From assembly GCF_009914755.1 (NCBI RefSeq), contig NC_060947.1: DNA of 64,000 nucleotides; one strand, written 5' to 3'. Below the pieces are notes generated by a model. It did no database searches, was not told where the DNA came from, and was given only the letters and a program-made list of their open reading frames with translations. Below are positions 50,665-64,000 of this stretch, one piece after another. The number at the start of each line of letters is the position of its first letter. The stretch's first letter is position 1. Source of the stretch: the human T2T-CHM13v2.0 reference genome, Homo sapiens. The translations under genes were made by a program, and so were the position numbers.

Positions 50665-53600
50665 ACAACACCCTCTAAACAAGGTATCTTTCTTACCATG
50701 TTTCCTCTTTCTACTCTTATCCACAGAATAAACAGAGTAATCTTTTATAAACAAAAATCAAAACATATCACTCCTCACCAACTTTTTTTTTTACACATGG
50801 AACAAAATTGAAAACATTAACTCTGGCCTACAATGGCTCTATGAGTTCTCTCTCTCTCTCTTTTTTTTTTTCCTGTCAATGCTTTTTTCCATGTCGTCTT
50901 GTACTGTACCCCTTGTTCACCCTGTTCTAACCACAGTGGCCCCCTTTTTGTTATTGTTCCTAGAATATGACAAACAATTTCTGTTTCAAGGCAACTGTAC
51001 TATCTTTCCCTCTACTTGGAATGCTCTCCTCAGACTTTAGCACGGCTGTCCCCTTCAGGTCATTCAAATCTCAACTCAAATATTCACTCCTTAGGGAGAT
51101 GTCCCTTGATCATCTTTATTTAAAGCATCTCATTTCCCCATAACTCAGTATCATAGAACTCTTATTATCTTTATAATATATCTTTATGTGGATGATGTTA
51201 TGTATCATACACTTTATGTCTTCCCTCCACCAGCTTTTAAGTTTCTTGATAGCAGGGGACCATTTTTCTCAAGTAAGTGGTACATAAAAGATTTAAAATA
51301 TTGTCTGTATGGTCAAAATTCTATTGGTTTGACCAGTATCGAATATTTTCTTACATGTACTTATTAGAGTTACTAATAATTAAAGTGAAATATCCCAAAA
51401 CACTTTCCGTATAGACAGAAAATAACTTTTTAGATTAAAATGCAATAAAGAAAAAATAGGAATGTGTACATGTAGTATATCCCCTTGTGCATATTTTCAC
51501 GAATTTTCTTAGGTAAATTGCATTAAGGAGTTATGTTTTCATTTCTTAAACCTCTAGAAATATGTAAAACAGGAAAACACTCTTATTATGATGTTATTTT
51601 TATAATTTTAATTAACATATTATATGACACCGATTCAGCCTTAAGCATGTAGACAGCAAATAGACATGGAATTCCTAGTAGGTATCTATGTGCAAATCAT
51701 CATCCATTAACAAAATTTGGGACTAAATATTCCTTTGCAATTCAAACCTAATTCTCTCCTCACCTCACTGGGAACCCCAGTAATTGGAGCAATTTTGATC
51801 CTCTCTGAAACTTTCCCCTTCGTTTGCCAGGAATCCACTTCCTATGTCCTTTCATCCTTCAATAGACATTTTGAACCTGTTTTTGCATACCAATTGTGTC
51901 ATGCCATTTTGGCCATCCTTGAAATCTAGGATTCCTGTCATTGCTGCTCTTGGCCTTCATAACTCTGTCAAACTCCTCTGATTTATGTATTTCTTGGCAA
52001 ATTTTCATTGAGTGCCTACGGCATGCAAAACACTGATGATACAGCAAGGCTATACAAATTACATACAGAAGGAGGGTTCTTGAAAGTATGTATTGATATT
52101 GCTGGCAGCTTTGGAAGAGCAGGGATTCTATCTTTCCTATCCTGCCATCCACTATTCCAGTACTTTAACAGCTGTGTGAACTAGATCTAGGCTATACCGC
52201 TATGATCTGGGCCTTCTCACTCACCTGCACTCTCGGTCACCGGCACTAGAATTGTAAACATTTAGTATGTTTTTATCTTTGGCTGGTCTGTATCTGTCTG
52301 TGGGTGAGGGTAAGTATTGTTAGCAGTTTTGTCACTTTACTTATTTTACAAGTCTGTGACTATGAAAATGATGTTAAGATGATGTTGATGAATTCTCAAT
52401 ATGTGCCTGAAGTGGGTTCTCAAATTTGATGCTGAAATGTTACACATTGCAATTTATTCTTTCATTCGTAAAAATATTATTGAGTGCCTATTGTGTGCCA
52501 AGCACTGTCCTATAGAAACTGATATAACTCAGTTCTCAAGGGCACTGAAGACATGGAACAGTATATGACCATAAAGGAGACTGTAAACAATTGTGTAAGT
52601 GAGACCATTTCTCAGCAGCACAATACCAGAAATTATCTCATTCTTTCCTGTTTCCTTTTATTACTGGAAATCAAATCAAGATCATTTCATATTCAAAATC
52701 CAGCAGACCATGTGCTGCTGCAAAATCCAGATGTTTCTGACTTTATTATCTGAAATTCATTTCAGTTATAATTCACTGATAAAAGTGGACACATAGTTAA
52801 TGCCAGTGCATATATGCAGACAAGAAAATATAATAAACTAACAATTTGAACTGAGGAATTATTCTCTACATATTACTATTCTAAAATTATCCTTTTATTT
52901 ATCTTATTTTCATCTGCAATTGTTTTTGTTTGGTTTTATACTTTATGCAGACTTGTAATAGCAATATACATTATATTTAGATACCTGGTTTACATCATAT
53001 ATATCGTGGTGGAATTTATTCTTTCCATTTTTTAAGAGATGATAAATCCTTTTTGAGGTACATCATGGGAACACTATTGTAGACACATGCAAATTAACTC
53101 AAAGCTTTACATAAAGCCTTATTTGTCCTGCTAAGTTTCCCCAAATCAAACTAGAACACCATTTCGAAGAGAGGAGAGTATTAGAAACTTGAAGAAAAAA
53201 TCACACAAAGCTGTTACAGTGCATTACACATGGCAGACTCTCACTAAATATTTGTTGATTTGATTAAATGAAAGTTTACTTAACCTAACCAATGATATGG
53301 CTCATGTGCCTGTTATGTAGTATATATTTAAGCCACTGAGAAAAGTCACAAGAATAATGATGGCTATTTTTTTTTTCTGCACTTCAAGATACAAAGGTAG
53401 CAGGAATATTATTTGCAAGTTTTTTTTTGACACAAACTCTAAATATGGTAATACACTTACATTAACAATAACAAAATGGCTTTAGGTCAACACCAATCAG
53501 ATCTTAGCATATTAGAAGAGTTTAGATTATAGCTAAGAATAAACCTGTCCTTGGAAATAGGGAATAGTCATCTCATTTCTTGGAATTATGCAAGAAATTA

Positions 53601-53704
53601 CAATATATTACCTCTAATTAATGAGAAATTATTAACAACCCCATGGATATGCAATTCCTACTTTCAGAAGATTTTTCCAACTAGATATGTAGTTGACATA
53701 TCTG

Positions 53705-54017
53705 TTTTTTTTTTTTTTTTTTTTTTGAGATGGATTCTTGCTCTTATTGCCCAGGTTGGAGTGCAGTGGGGCAATCTTGGCTCACTGCAACCTCTGCCTT
53801 CCCGGGTTCAAGTGATTCTCCTGTCTCAGCCTCCCAAGTAGCTGGGATTACAGGCACCCGCCACCATGTCCAGCTAATTTTTTTTGTGTGTGTGTTTTTA
53901 GTAGAGACGGGTTTTCACCATGTTGGTCAGGCTGGTCTCAAACTCCTGACCTCATGATCCACCTGCCTTGGCCTCCCAAAATGCTGGCAATACAGGCATG
54001 AGCCACCGCACCCAGCC
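53705..54017 (-). mobile_element. Alu (AluS-like)
   Basis: Reverse full dimer with poly(T). Confidence 0.93.
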
Positions 54018-54644
54018 GATATCTTTTTTTAAGAAGATTTGATCCTTTGACTAGTTTTCTCTCAGAAGAAAGCATTCTCTTGTGAAGATAAAAAATTCTT
54101 TCTTATGTCATAGGCCTGATTCTCATATATATTTACTGACGAATACCAGTCCTGCTTCTTTCCTGAACTCTAGACTTTTATAATTTTATTCATTTGCTTA
54201 TTCATTTTCATCCATTTCTGCATCAAATAATTACTGAGCACCTACTGTGTGCAAGGCTTTGCCTTGGGCACTTATACATGTACTCTGCCATGTGCCATCC
54301 AAACATTACAGAAGTGTGATATTTTAGTCACCAAGTTTGTGGTAACACTGTTGCATAACAGTAAATAACTAATGCACCAACTCTTCCATTTTAGCATTTT
54401 TCATCAGCTCTACTTTTCTTCATACTTTCTTTAAATATACATGTTCCAAATTTACACACCTCACAGATCTAGTTTTCTCTTCCTAATTTTGGTGCTATTT
54501 ATGTAATGCCATCATTTATTGCTTTTATCTAATAGTTTCCATTTGGATTCCTTAACAACATCTAGTCCTTTTGTTCCAACTTCTACCCTGTTTCCAGAAT
54601 TGTTACTTCAAAGATCAGATTATGCCATTTCTCACCTTTAAAAA

Positions 54645-56541
54645 AAAACTACAATTTTCTTCCCAACTCATTTTATGAGATCAGTATTACTCTGATACCT
54701 AATCCAGACCAATGCAATGCATAAAGGGATAAGACTAGAGACCAATAAATCTCATGAACTTGGATTAGAAAACCCTTTACCTAATTTTAGAAAATAAAAT
54801 CAATGTACAAAAATAATTATACAGTATGATCATGACTAAGTAGTTTCATTCCAGATTTGCAAGTCTGGTTCAATATTTTAAAATTAATATAATATACTGC
54901 ATTAACAATTAAACAAAAATAATATAATCATATCAATTTATACAGAAAAAATTTTTTTAAAAATCCAACACATGTTCATGATAAAGACTCTTATCAAGTT
55001 AGGGGTAAAGAGGAATTACCTCAACTTGATACAAAAGCATCTTCAAAAAACTTCTACCTAATTTCATACTTAATGGTGAGAAAGTAAACACTTTCTCTTT
55101 AAAATTGGGAACAAGGCAAAGATGTCAACTCTCACCACTCGTACTCAACATAGCTCTAAAAGATTCTGCCATTGCAATAAGGCAAGAAAAATAAACAAAA
55201 GGCATACAAACTGGAAAGGAATAAATGAAATGATTTCTATTCACAGATAACATGATTGCCAAGGTAGAAAATCCCAAGGAATCTACAAAACAAAACAAAA
55301 ACAAAATAAAATTTAAAAATCCTAAATGTAAAAAATTAGTTCAGCAGGGTTGCAGGATACAAGTTCAACATCTAAGAATCAATCATTTTTCTATATACTA
55401 ACAAGGAATATTTATAAGCTGAAATGTAAAACATGGTATCTTTTACAATGACATTTAGCAAACGTGCACATCTGAATGCTAAAAATTACATATGTTAATG
55501 AAAGAAGTCAAAGAAAACATGAACAAGTGGAGAGGTGGTACACTGTGTTTATGAATTGGAAGACAACAAAGTAAGGACATTACCTTTCTCCACATTTACT
55601 TAAAGGCTTAAATTTCTATCCAAATCAAAGCAAGGTTTGCTGTAGATCAACCCTGTCCAACCCACAGGCCACAGGCCACAGGCCACAGGCAGCCCGGGAC
55701 AGCTTTGAATATGGCCCAACACAAATTTATAAGCTTTTTAAAAACATTATGAGATTGGTGATTTTTTTTTTTTTTTTTTTTTTTTTTAGTTCATCAGCTA
55801 TTGTTAGCATTAGTGTATTTTATGTGTGGCCCAAGACAACTCTTTCAATGTGGCCCAGGGAAGCCAAAAGATTGGACACCCCTGTTGTAGATATATATAA
55901 GCATATTCTAAAATTAATGGGAGAAAACATAGGTCCTCCAATAGCTATCACTACCCTAATAAAGCAGCATAAACTGAGAAGAATCAGTCTATCATCCTAA
56001 AGATTATTTTACAGATACATTAACCAAGACAGTGTGGTATTGGCAGAGGGATAGACACATAGATCAATGGAGCAGAACAGAGAACCCAGAAGTAGGCTCA
56101 CACAAATGTACCCCACAAATTTTAGACAAAGTTGCAAGGGCAATTCAACTGAGGAAGTCTTTTCAACAAATGATGCCAGAGTAATTGGACACCCATAAAC
56201 CACCTCCCAAGGATTAGCTGAGCAGTACCTCACATATCTAACCTACAATAGATCACAGCCTTCAATATACCATGCAAAACCATATTTAAAAAAAATATAT
56301 ATACAACTTAGGAGAAAATCTTTGAGATTTAAGACAAGGCAAAAGAGTTAATAGGCTTGATATCAAAAGAGTAATTCATAAAATGCAAAGTAAATAAATT
56401 GGAACTTATCGAAAATTTTTAAAAAGCATATTTTTCTCTCGGAAAGTTTATTTGAAGAGGATGAAAAAGCAAGCTAGAAACTGGGAGAAAATACTTGCAA
56501 ACTGTATATTCAACAAATACCTGTGTATAGAATATATAAAG
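54645..56541 (+). mobile_element. Old L1M ORF2 region (resumes at ~62440-62740)
   Basis: L1 ORF2-like sequence (gataacatgatt, gacagtgtggtattggc). Confidence 0.75.
55648..55884 (+). mobile_element. MER30 hAT DNA transposon
   Basis: tgtccaa...ttggacacccctg termini; 8-bp TSD CTGTAGAT/TTGTAGAT. Confidence 0.88.
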
Positions 56542-57627
56542 AATTATCAAAAATCAACAGAAGGAGGTGGAGCAAGATGATGGAATAGAAGCTTACACTG
56601 TTCATCCCCCCTGCCGAACACCACATTTTAACACCTATCTGCATGCAGGAAAGCACCATCACAAGAACCAAAAATCAGATGAGCAATCACAGTACCTAGT
56701 TTTAAATCTATATCACAGAAAGAGGCATTAAGGAGGGTAGGAGAGACAGTCTTGAATTGCTGATGCCACCCCTCCCCCATCCCCCAGCAACAGCTGTGCA
56801 CTTGGGGAAGGACAGTGCAGTGACTTGGGGCCTTTACAGTGAACTCAGTGCTTCCCTGTCACAGCCGAGAATAAAGCCATGCTGGATGCAGCCAGGGCCC
56901 ATGTACAAAAGAAGCATTTGGACCAGACCTAGCCAGAGGAGAATAGCCCACCCCCATCAGTCAGAACTCAAGTTTCTCAGGAAGCCTTGCCACAGTGGGC
57001 TGAAGTGTTCTTGGGTTCTAGGTAAACCTGAAAGACAGCCTAGGACACAAGGGTTGCAACTCTTAGGAAAATCCTAGTGCCGAGTTGGGCTAAGAGCCAG
57101 GGTGGCATTTGACCTAAGGAGACACCAGATAGGCAGCTGAGGGAGTTCTTGTGCCATCCCTTCCCCAACCCCAGGCAGTGATGCTCACAGCAATAAAAAA
57201 GTTACCCTTTCCTTCTACTTGAAGAGAGGAGAGGGAAGAATAAAGAGGACTTTGTCTTGCATCTTGGATACCAGCTCAGCCACAGTAGGATAGGGCACTG
57301 GGCAGAGTTGTGAGGGTCCCATTCTGAGCTCTACCTCCAAGATGACATTTCTAGATGCACCCTGGGCCAGAAGGGAACCTACTGCCTTGAAGGAAAAGAC
57401 CCAGTCCTGCCAGCATTCCTCATCTGCTAACTGAAGGGCCCTTAGGCCCTAATAACCAGGAGTGACACCCAAGGAGCATTCTGTGGACCTTGGCTTCTGA
57501 AGCATGGTAGCTTCAAGTATGACCAAGCACATTCCCAGCTGAGGAAGTTATGGTCAAAGACTCCATCTGATTGAGAAAAGCACAGGAAAAAGTAAAGAGG
57601 ATTTGTCTTGTACCTTAGTTACCAGCT

Positions 57628-60600
57628 TGTATTAGGCTGTTCTTGCGTTGCTATAAAAAAAAAAGTGTGAGACTAGGTAATTTATAAAGAAAATACAGTT
57701 TAATTGCCTCATGGTTCTGCGGACTTTACAGGAAGCATGGAGCTGGCATCTGCTTGGTTTCTGGTGAAGCCTCAGAGAGCTTTCGGTCATGGCAGACAGT
57801 GAAGAGAAAACAGGCACGTCACATAGTGAAAGCAGAAACAAGCAAGAGAGGGTTGAGGGGGAAGGTGCCTCACACTTTTAAATGACCCAGTCTTGCAAAA
57901 ACTCATTCACTATCACAAAAACAGTACCAAACCGTTAGAGATCCTCCCCCATGACCCTAACATCTACCACCAAGTCCCACCTCCAACACTGAGGATTAGA
58001 ATTCATCACGGGATTTGGGCGGTGACAGATATCCAAACTATATCATTCTGCCCTGGCTGCTCCTAAATCTCATTCCCTTCTCACATTAAAAAAATATAAT
58101 CATGCTTTCTCAACAGTCCCTTTAAAGTCTTAACTCATTCCAGCATTAACTCAAAAGTCCCAAGTTCCAAATCTGAAGTCGTATCTGGAAATGAGTTATT
58201 TCACCTATGAGCCTATAAAATCAAAACAAGTTGTTTACTTCCAAGTTACAATGGGGGTATTAGCATTGGGTAAGGATTCTCATTCTGAAAGGGATAAATT
58301 GGATAAAAAGAAGTGGGGCGGAGGATACAGGCCCCATGCATGTCTGAATCTCAGCAGGGCAGTCATTACATATTAAATCTTCAAAATATAATCACTTTTG
58401 TTTCCATGTCCCACATCCAGGACACACTGGTGCAAGCGGTGGGCTCCCAAGGCCTGGGGCAACTCCACTCTTACAGCTTTTCAGGGTTCAGGTTCCATGG
58501 CTGCTCTTGCAGGTTGAGAGTTTGTGGCTTTTCCACACTGAGGTTGCAGGTCTGGTGGATCTACCATTCTGGGGTCTGGAGAATGGTGTCTCCCTTCTCA
58601 CAGCTCCATGAGGAACTGTCCCAAATAAGGACTCTATGTGGGGGCTCCAAACCCACAAATCCCCTCTTCACAGCCTTCCCTGGGGAAGCATCAGGGAGAT
58701 TTCAGTCATGATAGAAAGTGAAGAGAGAACAGGCACGTCACATAGTGAAAGCAGAAAGAAGCAAGAGAGTTCCCTTCTGCTTGGGAACTCAGGCCTTCTC
58801 ATACATCCTCTGAAATTTAGGCATTGGCTGCCAAGCCTCATTCACTCTTGTCTTCTATGTACCTACAGGCTTAACACCATGTGGAAGCTGCCAAGGCTTA
58901 CAGCTTGTGACCGCCAATGTGGTGGCATGAGCAGTATCTGGGGCCCTTGAGCTGAGGCTGGAGCCAGAGTTGCTGGGATGTGGGGAGCAGTCTTCCAAGG
59001 CTGTGCAGAACAGTGGGGACCTGAGCCTGGGCCATGAAACCATTCTTCCCTCATAGGCCTCCAGGTCTGTGATGGGAGTGGCTGCTGTGAAGGTCTGTGA
59101 AACACCTAGGAGGCTTTTTCCCTATTGTCTTGGATATTAGCACTTAGTTCTTTTTTATTATTCAAATTTATCTAGCAACTGGTCGCTCCATAGCTTGCTT
59201 GAATTCCTCTCCCCAAAAAGCTTTTTCTTTCTCTGCCACATGGCTAGGCTGCAAATTTTTCAAACTTTTATGCTCTGCTTCTCTTCTAATTATAAGTTCC
59301 AAACTTAAGTCATTCCTCTGCTCTCACATCTGAGTGCAGGCTGTTAGAAGTTGCCAGACCACATCTTCAATGCTTTGCTGCCTAGAAATTTCTTCTATCA
59401 GATACTCTAAATTAACATTATAAAGTTCATACTTCCACAAACCCCTAGGGCATGAACAGAATGCAGCCAAGCTCTTTGTCCGTATAAAACACCTGACCTT
59501 TTCTCCAGTTCCCAATGGGTCCCTTATTTCCATCTGAGGTCTCTTCAGCCTGGACTTCACTGTCTATATCAGTATTGGCATGTTGGACACAACCATTTCA
59601 GCAGTCTTGAAGAAAATCTAAACTTTCCTTTATCTTCATGTCTGCTTCTGACCCCTCCAAACTCTTCCAAACTCTGCTCATTACCTGGTTCCAAAGTTGC
59701 TTCCTCATTTTCAGGTAACTTTATAGCAATACTCCACTACTGGTACCAATTTTTTGTATTAGGCCATTTTTGCATTGTTATAGAGAAATACCTAAGACTG
59801 GGTAATTTAAAAAGATAGGTGGTTTCACTGGCTCACAGGACCTCAGGCTTTATAGGAAGCCATGTTGCTGGCATCTGCCTGGTTTCTGGTGAAACCTCAG
59901 TGAGCTTTCAATCACGGGGCAAGGCAAAGAGGGAAAAACCATGTTACCCGGTAAAGCAGGAAAGCAGGAGCAAGTGAGAGAAAGAGTTGGGTGAAGGGGA
60001 GGTGCCACACACTTTTAAACAACCAAAGCTCATTGTCAGAGGTGTCTCAACCAGAGCGACTCCATCTTGAGTGAGGGCTAGGAAAATGAGGCTGGGACTT
60101 GCCTGGCTGCATTCTCAGAAAGTCAGGCATTCTTAGCTTCTAGATGTTTATGGTTAAGGGAACAAATTAAAAATGTTTACTCAACAGACCCAGACTTGGG
60201 AGTGTCCAGATATTCCGATATCTGGAGAACAAAGGCATTCCTCATTTTGCCTTAAAGATAATAATATCAATTCTTGCAAAATATAGTAATTAAGAAAATT
60301 TATGCTTTATCACAAACCCTCGTAGCAGAGCACAACTCCCAATATGTACAAGCATTGTACCTAGGGTGGACGCGTTCCTCCTCTTACTTTCGGGAACGTC
60401 CTACTCTGTCTATGGAGTAGCTATTGTTTCACTACTTTACTCTTAATAAACTTGCTTTTACTTTGCACTGCAGACTCTCCCTGAATTCATTCTTGCGTGA
60501 GATCCAAGAACCCACCCTTGGGGTCTTGATCAGGACCCCTTTCCTGTAACATATCTCTGGCAAACAACAGAAGGGACTATAGTGTGAAAACCCTGACCCA

Positions 60601-60790
60601 ACAGCTACCTATGGGTAAGTGGTGAGGTCCTGTAACATCCTGAGAACTCACTCACTATCACAAAGACAGTACCAAGCCATGAAGGATCTACCCCCACTAC
60701 TGAAACACATCCCATCAGGCCCCACTTCCAACATTGGAGATTACAATTCAACATGATATTTGGCTGGGGACAAATATCCAAACTATGTCA
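57628..60790 (-). mobile_element. MST (MSTB-like) MaLR with two LTRs (57628-58045; 59756-60790, interrupted)
   Basis: tgtattagg...aacta(t/tg)tca LTRs; perfect 5-bp TSD CAGCT. Confidence 0.9.
60034..60637 (+). mobile_element. MER41-family ERV1 LTR plus short leader, inserted in the MST LTR
   Basis: tgtcagagg...accagagcgactccatcttg start; aataaa; cctgtaaca end; 4-bp TSD TCAT/TCCT. Confidence 0.8.
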
Positions 60791-62740
60791 CAGCTCAACC
60801 ACAGTAGGGTAGAGCAACAAGCAGGCCCGTAGGGTCCACGAGTCCAAGCCTAGGCCCTTGGATAGCATTTCTGCACCTGCCCTGGGCCAGAGGGGAGCGC
60901 ACTGCCTTCAAGGGTAAGTCCTAGGCCTGGCAGCATTCACCATGAGCTGACAGAAGAACTCTTGGACTTTAAGTGAACATCAGAAGTGGCCCGGCAGAAA
61001 ACCTGTGGACTGGTGGTGGTAGTTGCCAAAGAGAGAGGTTCTTCTGCCTGTGAAATGTGGAGGGAAGAGCAGGAAGGACCTTGTATTGTAGCGTGAGTGT
61101 CAGCTTAGCCACAGTAGAATAGAACATCAGGTAAACTGCTGTGGTTTTTCTACTCCAATCACTGGCTCCCAGACAGCATCTCTGGACATGCCTGGGGAAT
61201 GAGGGAAACTGACATCCTAAAGGCAAGGGCCGTGGGCAAGACCCAGTGTTGTGCTGGCTTCAGGTCTGACACGGTACAGTCCCAGTTGTGGTGGCCACAG
61301 TGTTGCTTGCATCACCACACTTCCAACTCCAGGTGGCTCAGCACAGAGAAAGATATGTCATTTGTTTAAGAGAAGTAAGAGAAAAGAACTAGAGTATATG
61401 CTGATAATTCAAAGAATTCTTTTGGATCTAATTTGAGACCACCAAGGTGGTACATCTATGAGTCTGCAAAAACCACAGAGATATTAGGCTTGAGGCCCAA
61501 CTCCCTTCAAATACCTGGAAAACCTTCTCAAGAAGGACAGGCACAAAAAAGCCCAGGCTGTGAAGACTATAATAAATACTTAACTCTTCAATGCCCAGAT
61601 ACCAAGAAACAGCTTCAGGCATCAACATTCAAGGACGAGGAGGTTATAGAATATCAAGCAGACTCAACCCAAAAAAGACTACCAAAAAGCAGAGGGTCAA
61701 TGAGGGAATCAAGAAGAAAATTGAAAAACGACTTGAAACAAATGATAATGAAAACACAGTATGTATCAACTTGTGGTATACAGTGAAAGCAGTACTAAGG
61801 AAATGTATAGCTATTATTGTCTACATTATAAAAGAAGAAAAACCTCAAATAAATGACCTCATGATGCATCTTAAAGAAACAGAAAAGCAAGAGCAAACTG
61901 AACCCAACGTTAAGAGAAGAAAAGAAATAATAAGGATCAGATCAGAAATAAGTAAATTTCAAATGAATAATACAACAGATCAAGGAAACGAAAGTTGGCT
62001 TTTTGAAAAGATAAACAAAATTGACAAGCCCTTAGCCAGACTAAGAAAAAAAAGAGGGAAGACTCACATAAATAAAATCAGAAATTAAAAAAGAGACATT
62101 ACAACTGATACTGAAGAAACTGAAAAGATCATTAGTGGCTACTATGAGCAACAGCATGCCAATACATTGGAAAACATACAAGAAATAGACAAATTCCTAG
62201 ACACATGCAACCTACCAAGATAGAACCAGAAAGAAATCCAAAACCTGAACAGACCAATAACAAGTAACCAGATTGGGTTGTTTGTAACATAAAGGATAAG
62301 TGCTTGAAGGAAGGGATACCCAATTTTCCATGATGTGATTATCATGCTTTGCATGCCACTGCCAAAATATTTCACATACCCCATAAATATATACATCTAC
62401 TATGTACCCACAATAATTAAAAATTAAAAATAATTCAACAGAAAAAAAGTATTTAAAAAATGTGCCATATACATCAAACAAACATTTCACCAAAGAAGAT
62501 CTATATATAGATGGCAAAAAACACAAGATGATCAAAATCTTTAGCTGTCAGGGAATTTCAAATTAAACTACAATGATATATCATAACACATTTTTCAGAA
62601 TGGCCATAAAAATAGAGAAAATACCAAATGCTAGCGAGGATGTGGAATAACTGAGTCACTCATACATTGCTTCTAGAAATATAAAATGTTACAGCCACTC
62701 TGGAAAACAGTTTGGCAATTTCTTTTAAAACTAAGCATGT

Positions 62741-64000
62741 GAAGAGCGGCCAAGATTGCTGACTAGAAGCAGCTAATATGCATGGTTCTTACAGAGAGGA
62801 AGCGAAGGGGCGAGTAAATACAGCACCTTCAACTAAAACATCCAGGTACTCACATTTGGACTAATCAAGGAAACAACTCAAACCATGAAGAAAGGAGAAA
62901 AGCAAGGCAGGATGACAGCCCACCCAAGAGTGACACGGAGCCAAGGGAAGCTCCTCCACCCATAGAACCTGTGAGAGAATGTGTGACTCCAGGATCCCAC
63001 GCTTTCCCAATAGATTTTTGCAACCTTGGGTCAGGAGATCGCCTCATGAACCCATTCCACGAGGGCCTTCAGTCTGACACACACAGCTACACGGAGTCTT
63101 CACAGAGCAGCCGCTCAGGAGTGCACAGAGATCCAGGAGCTTTAGATACCCTGGCTTTCTGGGAGTCCTAGCAAAAGTAACTGCAACTCCGGAGAAGCGG
63201 GAGGTTAGATCCCTGTCCATACTCCTAGGAAAAAGGCTGAATCCAGAGGGCTGAGCAGTGACGATCTCTGAGCCCCACTTTCATGGCACCTCACAGGATA
63301 AGAACCACTGGCTTGGAATTCCAGCCAGCAACCAGTAGCAGTGTTGCACCTTCCTGGGACAAAGCTGCTGGGGAGAGGGGCAGACCACCACCTCTGCTGT
63401 TTGGGAGAGTCCTAACCAACTGGCGGTGAAAGCGATCCCCCAGCATAGCACAGCTACTCTACAAAAACGTGGTGAGACTACTTCTTTAAGTGAGTCCCTG
63501 ATCCCGTTCCTCCTCACTGGGCAGAACATCCCAAACAGAGCCTCCGGCCACCCTACCAGTGTTCTCCACCCGTCGGTTGTATGAAAACTCCGTGGAACAG
63601 AGCTCAGAATTGTATCAGACGGCGGGCTGCCAGGTTTGCTGTTTGGGTGACTTAGCTGTTCTAGCCTTTGGGCTCTGGAGAGTCCAAGCAGATTGGGGGC
63701 AGAAGTGGTACCCCAGCACAGCAAAACTGCCCTATGAAACGTGGCCAGACTGCCTTTTGAAGCAGATTCCTGATCTCCTTCCTCATCATTGGGTGCAGCA
63801 TCCCAACTGGGGTCTCCAGCTAACCCCACCAGTGTTCACCCGTTGACAAAGGTTTCAGGATTCCCTGGGACAGAGCTCCCAGAGGGAGGGGTGGGCTGCC
63901 ATCTTGGCTGTTTGCACGACTTAACCATAACAGCCTTCTGGCTTCAGAGTTTCCGAGGCAACTGGGGGCTGACGTGGAGCCCCAGCACATCGCAGATGCT
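62741..64000 (+). mobile_element. L1 5'UTR (old L1PA/L1PB type), runs off the window
   Basis: Starts gcggccaagattgctgactagaagcagct; GC-rich with internal repeats. Confidence 0.7.

Larger units (their letters stand above)
56542..62432 (+). mobile_element. L1MA-type element with 5'UTR and 3' end but large internal deletions, interrupted by MST
   Basis: Starts ggaggtggagcaagatg; ORF2 remnant at 61690-62270 (ESWLFEKINKIDKPLARL); L1MA 3' end; TCAACAGAA on both flanks. Confidence 0.75.

Noticed and set aside
63281-63829. 182-aa minus-strand ORF
   Set aside because: Antisense to a GC-rich L1 5'UTR with a non-ATG start; no evidence it is ORF0-like or coding.

Overview
Primate (almost certainly human) repeat-rich DNA with no credible protein-coding gene. 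It matches the distal part of the X-linked MIR-506~514 microRNA cluster (Xq27.3), read on the minus strand. I recognise three mir-509 hairpins in an ~887-bp tandem triplication, mir-510, and five mir-514a hairpins in a ~2.7-kb tandem array; from recall, GRCh38/miRBase has three. Two further family hairpins match no miRNA I recall being annotated: a mir-510-like one at ~994-1070 and a mir-514-like one at ~22527-22600. All 11 hairpins keep the Microprocessor basal UG and CNNC motifs in register and sit in paralogous multi-kb units sharing one internally deleted L1 junction. Other content: a full THE1 element, an internally deleted HERV-K(HML-5)/LTR22 provirus, a nested L1M>MST>MER41 stack, Alus, MER1B, MER30, a 6x59-bp VNTR and a 210-bp near-perfect inverted duplication. 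The cluster itself is known, so novelty lies in the extra hairpins, haplotype structure and local rearrangements. Family names come from recalled consensus sequences, not a database search.
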